From NCBI GenBank assembly GCA_965237955.1, contig OZ250169.1:4480001-4544000 (forward strand): 64,000 bases of DNA. The letters are read 5' to 3'. Below, in pieces: positions 8,481 to 17,727 of this stretch. The position numbers and the translations under genes are program-made. The number at the start of each line of letters is the position of its first letter. Position 1 is the first letter of the stretch. This stretch comes from Candidatus Marinacidobacterales bacterium. Lineage in GTDB: Bacteria; Acidobacteriota; Vicinamibacteria; Marinacidobacterales; SMYC01. Below the pieces are notes generated by a model. The model was given only the letters and a program-made list of their open reading frames with translations, had not been told where the DNA came from and searched no databases.

Positions 8481-9692
8481 ATGAGTCTGAACGGAACTTT
8501 TTCAGTCGCCACGATACTGCTCTCTGGGATCCTTTTCCAAAGCGTCGAGCCTGAAACTCTCATGACCCAGGGAAGGCTCGATGCCGACTTAGGAGATTTC
8601 GAGTCGGCCGCGCGGTTGTTCGCAAGCGTCGCGGATGACTCTGAGGCTCCGGCGGAGCTTCGCTGGGAAGCGCTCGTTCGCCTCGGGCAAGTGAAAGCGC
8701 AACTCGGCCGCCACGACGAGAGCGTGGCGGCGTACCAAAGGGTCTTCGAGAACTATGCTGACGATTCTGACGCGATTCGTTTTCTGACCTTGGCGGTCAC
8801 CGGCGTCGCTCCAGGTCCCGCGCGATGGGAGTCCGTCTGGCGAGAGGTATCGCTCGACGTCGTGCAGACTCCGCACCCGACCCCGGTTGTCCGTTGGCCC
8901 GGGTTCGATTCGGACCCTCAACGGGACTACAGCGGCGAGGCCGTGTCCGTGCACAAAGAGAACGCCTCCGTCATAGACATCGTGCAGGAGCTGAGCAAGT
9001 CAGCAGGTCTCTCATTCGCGATGTACGCGGAAGGGGAAGGGGAAGTAACGGCGAGCTTCGAGAATACACCTTGGGACCGTGTGCTCCACCTCGTGGCGAG
9101 GGCAGCGCAGCTCGATGTCGAGCTCGACGGTAAGGTGCAGATCATCGGGGACGCTGCGGCATTCGAGCGACTCCGCACAACACGGCGTGTCGAAGCGTCC
9201 GGGGAGCTCATATCACTCGACTTCAGCGACGGTGACCTCGGCGACGTCTTGCGGCTTTTCGCCGACATAAGCGGCCTCAACATCGTCGTGTTTCCAGGCA
9301 CGCGCGGCAGAGTGAACCTCAGGCTCTCGGAAGAACCATGGGACCGCGCGCTCTTCTACGTGCTCAACAGCCAGGGACTCGAGTTCAGCCGCCGCGACCA
9401 CGTCCTCCTCGTCGGCGACCCCGAGCGCCTTACGAGCTATCTCGAAATGGAGACGAAAGACTACCGTGGCAACATCATCTCAATCGATTTCGCTGGAAGC
9501 GATTTCGACGAAGTGATGAAGTTCTTTTCAGACACAACGGGCCTTCAGATCGTCGCTGACGAGCGTTTCTCCGGCCGGATCACCCTCAAGCTCACCGACG
9601 TCCCGTGGGACCAAGCGCTGGATCTCATCGTCAAGCTTCAGGGGTTCCGCTTCGAGTTGCAGGACACCGTGATTCGAATCGAGAGGCGTTAG
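8481..9692 (+). CDS. Secreted protein: TPR segment plus three tandem secretin N0/STN (PilQ N-terminal-like) domains, no secretin barrel
   Basis: Three repeats of G-x-x-I/V-S...GL....G.VT/N...PWD.AL; the ORF ends right after the third. Confidence 0.8.
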   Translation: MSLNGTFSVATILLSGILFQSVEPETLMTQGRLDADLGDFESAARLFASVADDSEAPAELRWEALVRLGQVKAQLGRHDESVAAYQRVFENYADDSDAIRFLTLAVTGVAPGPARWESVWREVSLDVVQTPHPTPVVRWPGFDSDPQRDYSGEAVSVHKENASVIDIVQELSKSAGLSFAMYAEGEGEVTASFENTPWDRVLHLVARAAQLDVELDGKVQIIGDAAAFERLRTTRRVEASGELISLDFSDGDLGDVLRLFADISGLNIVVFPGTRGRVNLRLSEEPWDRALFYVLNSQGLEFSRRDHVLLVGDPERLTSYLEMETKDYRGNIISIDFAGSDFDEVMKFFSDTTGLQIVADERFSGRITLKLTDVPWDQALDLIVKLQGFRFELQDTVIRIERR

Positions 9693-9843
9693 CTGGGACC
9701 ACGACGTGATGCCGTATCGGCACCGTCTGCAGGCCTCGGCAACAGCTGACGTGTCCTCAGCAGAACCTCGGCGTAGAGTTCGTCCCAAAGCCTGGACGAA
9801 TGAGACGCTATTTCCTATTTCATCGAGAGCTTCTCGGAGAGCT

Positions 9844-11132
9844 CGTAGTGTGCCAAAACTCGATCAACGCCGGGCCCGCCGGACTCAATGGGCGGCTAGA
9901 ATCCGAGCCCATGCAACCGTACCTCTGGCAGTTCTTCGTCATGGCCTTCGCCGGATGGGTCAACCGGTTCCAACAGGACGCGATCGAATACCTGAAAGAA
10001 GAGAATCGCGTTGTTCGGGAACAACTGCGTGGACGCCGACTACGTTTTACCGATGCGCAGCGGCGGCGGCTCGCGGCGAAGGCGAGGACGTTGGGTAGGG
10101 ATGGCCTGAAGGAAATCGCGGATCTCGTGACGCCCGATACCTTGTTGCGCTGGTACAAAGAGCTGATCGCAAAAAGAGCCAGCGCCGCGGGCCAGGACGG
10201 CCTCGTGTGCTGGAAACGATACGCGAGCTCGTGGTCAGGATGGCGACGGAGAACTCGACCTGGGGCTATACGAGAATTTGCGGCGCTCTCCGAAACTTGG
10301 GCCACGACGTTGGTAGAAACACCGTGAAGCGCATTTCTCGCGGAGCATGGGATCGAGCCCGCGAATGAACGAAGTAGACGAATGCCCTGGAGTACGTTCC
10401 TGAAGGCTCACTGGGGAGCCATAGCTGCGACGGACTTCTTCGCCGTCGAAGTGTTGACAAGGCATGGCTTGGTTCGATACTTCGTGCTATTCGTTATCGA
10501 CCTGAAGACGCGCCGCGTGGAGATCGCGGGCATCAGCCATCAACCATACGATGAATGGATGAAGCAGATGGCGCGCAACCTGACGGACGCGATTGATGGG
10601 TTTCTGCGGGACACGCGTTTTCTCATCCACGATCGCGACCCGCTCTTTTCAGCATCGTTCCGCGCCACACTCGGTGCTGTCGGCGTGGAGACGGTGAAGC
10701 TGCCGGCGAGGAGTCCGAATTTGAACGCCTACGCCGAACGCTTTGTGCGGTCCATCACAAGCGAGTGCCTCAGTCGGATGATTCCCTTGGGAGAGAATCA
10801 TCTCCGCGCGAGTATCCGCGCTTTCGTCGCCCATTACCATCTGGAGAGGAATCATCAAGGTCTCGACAACGAGCTCATCTGCTCGGCACAGGATTCGCTG
10901 GGGTCCGACGGTCGCATCCGATGTCGGGAGCGCCTCGGCGGAACGCTCCGATATTGCTATCGAGACGCGGCGTGAGCGGACTTTAACGCCAATATAGTTT
11001 CCCAAGCAGTTTGCCGACGGCTGGCACCCTATCAAAGCTCGCCTCGTTTCCCGACAGCCGTCTCCGCATTCTCAACGCCGAGAATCCTTCTAATAATGAT
11101 GGAGTCGCTCGATCGGGTTTCGGCACACTACG
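9844..11132 (+). mobile_element. IS with integrase-core (rve) DDE transposase, frameshifted (IS3/IS481-like)
   Basis: 22-bp inverted repeats CGTAGTGTGCCAAAACTCGATC / CGTAGTGTGCCGAAACCCGATC; ATDFFAVE, IHDRD and NAYAERFVRS motifs over several frames (9911..10975). Confidence 0.85.
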
Positions 11133-11278
11133 GGGTCGCCGGAAACTCCCTAGTCCCCTGTATCAGAACAAACTAGATAAAGCAGAGCTTGCCGAAACCC
11201 TTCTAAGTGCATGAATCTTATGAATATTATGGGCTGGCGAAAAGCCTAACTTTGTATAGTAATCAAAGATCCAGGGGA

Positions 11279-13597
11279 CTAGGTCGTTTCACGCAGATCG
11301 AGAGTGAAGCGATAAATGTTGGCGGCTCCATCCACGCATTCAAGTTGCAGATGACCGCCCTGCTCCTGGACTAGATGGCGACTCAGGGTGAGGCTCATAT
11401 CCGCGCCGATGCGGCCCGCCGACTTGCGGAAATGGGGTTCAAACACACCTTCGAGTGGTGTCGGTAGCGGCGCTTCAAATGGTGATTCGATCTCCACTTG
11501 GGTACTTTGGGCTGCAATCGAGGTGGTGTTGATTCTGATGGTCTGCCGATCCGCCATTTGCTGAAGACAGAATTCTAAAACTCCGTGAAAAACTTGGATC
11601 AAATCGGAGGCCCGGTAGAGGCGGCGGGCAGGGCGCGGATCGGTGATTCGGGTAATCTCGACTATTCGGCTCGCGATTTGGTTCCCAAGCATGGCGAGCG
11701 CCGTGTCGATGATTTCATCAATCGTAATTCGCTTTACTTCGGCTTCATCGAGGCTGGCAAAACGCCTCAAGTTGGTGACTTGCTGTTCGATTCTATCGAT
11801 GGCGAGTCGATCGTTTTGCAGGGTCGACTGAAAAACACTCATAGTCGACCTCAAGTCACCGGAGCCGGTGTCGTTGGAAAGATTTCGGCAGACCGTTTCA
11901 TAGATTTGTTTACTACTGGTGATGACGCCGAGTGGACTATTGATTTCGTGAGCGATACTCGACGCGACGCGGCCTAGAGTTGCCATCTTCTCTGACTGAA
12001 CCAATTGATGTTGGGCCGCCGTTAATTCTTCGGTGCGGGCGCGGACAGCTCGCTCGAGCTCCGCCATATTCCTTCGCATCGACGCTTCTCGACGATACTT
12101 GACGACAAAATAGACGCCAAAGCAAAAGAGAAGCAGCGACAGCGTCGTGACAGCCAGCGGAAGCGGCCGGCGATAGAAAGGCAGAACGACATTGACGGTG
12201 CGGGCTCGTAGGGTCTCACGTCGTCCGAGAGTGTCCTCAGCTTCAAGAATGAGAACGTTACGGCCTTCTCCGAGCATGATCGCCTGGTTTAGCTCCAAAG
12301 AATCCGGAGCCTCACCGCCCCGCTCGATGAGGAATATCGGGTGGACGATTTCGCCGTTGACGGTTACAGTAACGCTCCGAATGCCGGCACTTGCCTTGGC
12401 ACGACCCCGGATTAAAACCTCTTTCCCCCTAATTCTCTGATTTTCCACCGGACTGTCGAAAGTGACGAGAATTCTGTTCAGCTCGCGTTCGGCACTCTCA
12501 ATCACCTTCGCCGCTTCGGCAGCCCGGTAGTGAGTTTGCTTTATCTGAGAGAGAGTTCGTATCGCTTCCAGCCACTCTTGGTCTTCAAATAGCGCCCGAC
12601 CGTCCCTGAAGAACTCCTCCGTTTGCTAATCTTCGCGTTGGGTGATTTCAGCCGCAACGATTCGGTCGGCCAAGAGCAGGGCCTCCTCATCGCGTGGGTT
12701 CTTTTCGAGAACTTGAGAGTTGAGGCGCCGCGCCTCGATAAATCGGCCATTCGCCAAATCCGCTTGAACTTGTGACAAGACTTTCAAACGATGTTCCCGT
12801 TCGAGAATCTGCTTCCTTTCGTGCTCCGCCTCCAACCGAAGGCGCAGTTCGATCTCCTCTGCTCGATACCGGGCAACAGAGAGAAGAAGAAGGTCGGCAT
12901 CGGAATCCATGGGAAAGCGACGTAGAATTTCCTGAGCCAGCCTTTGGGCTTCGTCCGGCTGCTCATCATTGAGAGCTTGACGACCTTGCTGGATCAGGTC
13001 GAGCCGCCAACGCTCATCGATCGCACGACGGGTCGCGGCGATCTGCGATTGGACCTCCGGATCATCTCGCAGCAGAGCGTCGGCTTTGAGAAATTCCTCA
13101 TAGGCAGCTTGCAACTCGCCGGCAGCGAACTTCTGTTTGCCAGCGGTTACGTACCTCATGGCTTCATCCTTCTGACGGAGCCTGTTGATCTGGGCGACGG
13201 CATTCTCACGCAATGCCACTATTTCAGCGCCAAGAGCGACTTCCTTTTTGATCTCGCCGTATTCAATGGAAACGTCGAAGGCAGTCACAGATTCTTCGTA
13301 ATACTCTGCAGCTTTGTCTTCGTCGCTCTCTGCCAGTTCGTAGAAAGCCTTGCCTAAATGAAACCATGGGTAATAAGGAATGTAGCGGGTTCCGTAGAGT
13401 TTGACCCGGGAGGCCGGAGAGCGATTGACATCCAGTGCCATTCGCAACGATTCGACTGCGTCTTGATAGTTTCGCGATCGGAGAGCCTCGAGACCTCTCT
13501 CGTAGTTGAGATGCCAGGGGACCTGGGTGGCGGCGAAGGACGATAGACATAACACCGCCAAGAGCAACGGCTTGGAGAATAGATTTCGATGACTCAC
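11279..13597 (-). pseudogene. Signal peptide-TPR-Ig-like-TM-HisKA protein with degenerate HATPase, interrupted by one in-frame TAG at 12626-12628
   Basis: The frame continues past TAG as [22 protein letters not shown]... into ORF 11279..12505; H-box [10 protein letters not shown]. Confidence 0.8.
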
Positions 13598-13600
13598 TTG

Positions 13601-14987
13601 CTAAAAATAGATGACCAGAGACGTTTTTAGGGCGAGGCGGCGGGTCTTAGACTCCTGAAAATTCGTCCCCTCGCTGTCGAACCGAAAGAGCTCTTGTCTC
13701 CAACCGCCATACTCCATACTCAAGTCAAAAACGAAGGCATCGGTCACGAATCCCACCCCGGCGGTAACAGCGGTGCCGACAACTTGATTGTCAAAGGATG
13801 TTGTGATTTCTCCGTCTTCGGGATCGACGAATCTTCGCTCATGGGCGCTCACTTGGGGCAGGTTTTTGGCGCCGACTCGAATGGGAATCACCGTCAATTC
13901 GTTCACCCAACTCCATTCGAATCCGACTCGCCATTGATTGAGGTCGGCGCCACTGTCGCTCAAAATGTTGACCTCATCCATCCTTTGGATCGTCAGATTG
14001 CCATCTTCATCGGCGGTCACGTCCCGGGGCTCCGAAGACGCGCAACGCCGAATCGCGAAACCGCCTATGCTCGAAATCGGCAGCGACCAACAGGTCGCGC
14101 CGTGGGTTCTAAGCGACGCCGATCCCGAGGTCGAGAGGAAAATCCAGCACGTAGTCATAGTCGGCGGGGGTCGTCTCTTCGATCACAATTCCTTGCGAAT
14201 CGTCGATCCGGATTGCGAGATCGGTGTCAATCCTTCCCGACAGGTCGAAACCGGGAACGAATTTGAATCCGAGCCTCAGCGGCGGGCCGCCCCTCGACTG
14301 AAAATCGTACAACGCACCCATACCGACGGAGGTTCCGTCGACAGGTATCCGGCTGGAACCCGAAAGGGAGCCCACAAACCCATCGCCCAGGGTGACAATT
14401 TGGATCCCCGAACCTTCGGCACCACCCCGATAAAGACTCACGGACAACCCCAGCATCAGCCCCTGAAGGGGAGAAAAAGCAACCCCCGCCGAATAACTGA
14501 AAGGACCACCGCTGCTCCGTTCCTGGTCGAGAACGAAGGGAACTTGGATTTCTAGAAACTCGGCTTTGAAATCGAATGCCTTTTGGATTGCAAACGCGAA
14601 AACAAACTTCTTCTGCTCAAATCTCTTCGGAAAGACGAAGCTGGCGAAATTCAGACCGACGCTCCCGCCGGGATCGTCGGAAGCGAAAAGAAGCATCTGC
14701 CTTCGCCGCTCTTGTTCAACTGTCTCAGAGACGAATTGGAAGCCAAACGAGGTCTCAGGTTGGTCGAGTAGATAGAGCCCTGCTGGATTCCAGAAGATCG
14801 CGGTGGCATCATCGGCAACGGCGATGAAGGCGTCGCCCATTCCATTGGCCCGCGCTCCAGCGCCAAGAAAGTTATATTCGAGCTGGTCCTCGACTTGGGC
14901 GGTAGCAATGCCCGCTGCCAGCAACATAGCCACGGTTGGCAACGAGAAACGGCTGGCAAGGGCCGTCGGCCCGCCATAAGAACGCAT
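13601..14987 (-). pseudogene. Outer-membrane beta-barrel (FadL/OmpP1/PorV-like) with an in-frame TAG (14109-14111) and a frameshift near 14030
   Basis: GAGARANGMGDAFIAVADDATAIFWNPAGL N-terminal motif; amphipathic strands; C-terminal YF. Confidence 0.75.
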
Positions 14988-15155
14988 GAATTTCCGCCCC
15001 CAATGGCGGACTTCGAAGGCGCTGATCATAGTCTGGAACGAAATGATAATCGAATGCGTGCCAGGTCCACCTTGCCGGTAGCTTAATTCAGAAGATCGCG
15101 CACCGTTCTCGAGCACGGTCCTTAGCCCGTCGGCTTTGCGATTACAAAAGGGTGG

Positions 15156-15205
15156 CACCTTTCGGTTAGCGGGTGCTGTCCACCTTTCGGTTAGCGGGTG
15201 CTGTC
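15156..15205. repeat. Perfect tandem duplication of 25 bp CACCTTTCGGTTAGCGGGTGCTGTC (x2)
   Basis: Read directly. Confidence 0.95.
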
Positions 15206-15265
15206 AAGTCGTCTACGTTCGGGTGATCCAAGAAGACGGTGGCGCGGCATGGTCCAGTCCGTTCT

Positions 15266-15673
15266 TCAGCGAGTAGCCTGCACCGCCTGGCCGGGAGATC
15301 GCGACGGCGGGCTGTCGAGAATCGCCTCCAGAGCAGGATCGCGGCCAGCGAAATAGTCGCTCGAAGAGAGCGGCGCCTGGATGTGGGGCTCGTGAGTGAG
15401 GCGCGGATCGTCGGGCCCGCTGCGTTGGTGGTATCGCGTCGACACGAGAACGAGGAGTCGCGAGTTGGGGAGCTCGATGTGCTCGGCATCGCCGTACTGA
15501 TTGGGGCTCCCCCCGGTCGCCTCCCCGACAAGGAGTGTGCTCGTCGCCCGCTCGATGTCCGTGACGAAGTTGGACGCGGCGGAAAACGTACCGCGGCCGA
15601 TGATGGTGAAGAGCTTTCCTGGCCGATTGATGAACTGGTTCGCCCGAATCATCTCCAGAAAAGGCGCGTAGGT
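15266..15673 (-). pseudogene. C-terminal fragment of an S41-like peptidase, 5' end cut at the oriIS-like motif
   Basis: IIGRGTFSAA...VGEATGG...PHI...GRDPALEAI motifs. Confidence 0.65.
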
Positions 15674-16014
15674 AAGGATAGGAAATTTCAGCGAATGGCC
15701 GAGCGCGTCGGGGCTTAATACTCTCACGCCGTCGAGCTCTGTCCCTTAAACTCGGTCTGACTCAACGATACGCTCCGCAACGCTCGAGCCTCCCCTCGAT
15801 CCTTCGAATAACACGCTCGTACTCGGCCCCGCCGACGCCACCGTAATGGTACTGGAGAACACTGTCAGGGATTCCCTCGGGGAGGTCGTCCGCCCTCGGA
15901 AAGAACGCATCGACCCGGAATCCGCCTTCCAATCGATCCTGAAGCGCCCTAGCCCGATCGGCATCGAGCGTCGCGACTCGTGCGAAGAGCGTCCCCGCGC
16001 GATCGGCAAGGAGG
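15674..16014. repeat. Second copy of the 341-bp duplication, contiguous with the intact 582-aa gene
   Basis: Matches 1458..1798. Confidence 0.95.
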
Positions 16015-17510
16015 TCGGAAAAAGAAAAACCGCTGCCGCCCGATTCAGTATCCGCGTCGAGCTCCTCTTTCAGAGCTCCGGCAGCATCGCTGAGGGCGGC
16101 CCACGAAAGCTGGGTGAGTCCGGCGCTCACGAAGAAGTGCTGCGTCCAATCAGCTCGACCTCGAAGGGTTACCGTTCCCAGCGCACGACGCGCATCGGCA
16201 ATGGCGGAGTCATCCGAATCGAGCCCCGAGAAAACGCGGAGCCGCGGGTGGCCGAGAACGCTGGCCAAGGCGAGCAGCGCACCGCTGTTCTCGATGACGG
16301 GGTCGCCCGCCGCCGAACGTTCCTTCGCCAGGGTGAAGGCTGATTCCACCACCGCCCCGAAACGATCGTCGCCGCTAGCCAACTGTGGCGCTATCGATCC
16401 TAACTGACGGATCTGGGCCCGAGCGGCTTCGATAGCGGCTTCCTCGGGACCGAGGCGAGAAACAAGGCCAGGGAGAACCTCGCCACGAATATCCATCGGG
16501 CCGTAGGTCACGGTCAGTCGATCGTCGTCCAAACGAAGTTGCTCGATTCCTTCCAAGATCGGTCTCAACGTCCGATCGCGCTCTACCGTAGCGACACCCA
16601 CCGCGGAAATCGGTGCGAGCAGCACTCCCGGTACATCGATGCCCCCGATGCTCAGCTTGCTCAACGCGAGCTCGAGCTCCCCGCGATCGATGCCGCCTTC
16701 GATGCCGAGGACCAGATTGCCATAACGGTCCACCACCGGGAGCCGCGCCGAGGCTTGGAGGATCGCTTCGCTCGGACGGGTGTTGACCTCGACCCGCGGC
16801 GAGCGGCCGGCGACGGAAAGCCCCCACGCCACCAGGACATCGAGATCCTCGTTGGTCAACGCGAGCTTTCGCGTTTCTCCTTCATTCAGCTTCGTCGGGT
16901 TGCTCCCCCGAAAGAGCCGGACGAGCTCCCGCTTTTTCTCCGAGCTCACTTCGGAAGCACGGAGCTCGAGAGGCTCCGTCGACGTCGTGAGATAGGCGAC
17001 CGCAAGGCCCAGGCCGGCGACCACGAGACCCAACAAGGCGAGCTTGGGGAAAAACAAGAGGAAGGCGCCGAAGCCTCGACTCGCGCTCGTCCCGAGCCGC
17101 GCTCCCACAACGCAGGCGATCGAAGGAAGAGCGAGGTCGCGAAGCCCCGGCCCCGAGCCGAGCTCGAATCCCAGAAGCCCCGTGGAGAGCAAGATGGCGA
17201 AGGCCGACGCCGGCAAGAGCGTCACGAACAAACGGGAGAACCAACGCCGGCGCCGCGGAAACGAAAGCGCCAGGAAGACACCGAGGGGAAGAAACCGTGC
17301 GGCCCGCACCAACACGTGAAGGCCCAGTTGACCGAGCCGCTCGGAGACTTGCTCCATAGAGCGGAGCTCTTCGAGCTCGAAGACGGAGACTTGAGAAACG
17401 GCCGCAGTTTCCTCTCTGTCCCGATGGACGAAGAAGGCGAGAACCGCGACGTACATCAGCAAGACAACGAGCCAGCCGATGCGGAAACGGGAATTCTCTT
17501 TCTCGGGCAT
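15762..17510 (-). CDS. Hypothetical membrane protein (VanZ-like N-terminal TMs plus helical C-terminal domain)
   Basis: 582-aa ORF with several TMs; RADWTQHFFVSA...KEELDA...GSGFSFSDLLADRAG motif. Confidence 0.75.
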   Translation of the reverse strand: MPEKENSRFRIGWLVVLLMYVAVLAFFVHRDREETAAVSQVSVFELEELRSMEQVSERLGQLGLHVLVRAARFLPLGVFLALSFPRRRRWFSRLFVTLLPASAFAILLSTGLLGFELGSGPGLRDLALPSIACVVGARLGTSASRGFGAFLLFFPKLALLGLVVAGLGLAVAYLTTSTEPLELRASEVSSEKKRELVRLFRGSNPTKLNEGETRKLALTNEDLDVLVAWGLSVAGRSPRVEVNTRPSEAILQASARLPVVDRYGNLVLGIEGGIDRGELELALSKLSIGGIDVPGVLLAPISAVGVATVERDRTLRPILEGIEQLRLDDDRLTVTYGPMDIRGEVLPGLVSRLGPEEAAIEAARAQIRQLGSIAPQLASGDDRFGAVVESAFTLAKERSAAGDPVIENSGALLALASVLGHPRLRVFSGLDSDDSAIADARRALGTVTLRGRADWTQHFFVSAGLTQLSWAALSDAAGALKEELDADTESGGSGFSFSDLLADRAGTLFARVATLDADRARALQDRLEGGFRVDAFFPRADDLPEGIPDSVLQYHYGGVGGAEYERVIRRIEGRLERCGAYR

Positions 17511-17646
17511 TTCCAGCTGAGGCTAAGGGGGATTTAGTCTTTCACAAGACGCGTCCGAACAAAAGACGATCAAGGACGTCGAGGCGGGCGCCCCGGTCGG
17601 CAAGCTCTCGCGCCGTTAGATTCCTGTGCGCTGACTCTCCCTAACG

Positions 17647-17700
17647 GTCTCGAGGCTGCTCACGATAAGGGGATCATCCATCGAGACCTGAAACCGTCGG
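17647..17700 (+). pseudogene. Ser/Thr kinase catalytic-loop relic
   Basis: Translates GLEAAHDKGIIHRDLKPS. Confidence 0.65.
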
Positions 17701-17727
17701 GGTCAACTTACTAGTCGAGTTCCGCGA

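Noticed and set aside
12626-14111. Amber recoding or pyrrolysine readthrough suggested by in-frame TAGs in two adjacent genes
   Set aside because: Context implies different residues (probably Gln and Trp), the barrel gene also has a frameshift, many intact genes here end in TAG, and no pyl genes or tRNA are visible
15156-15205. CRISPR array
   Set aside because: Only two directly abutting copies, no spacers and no cas genes
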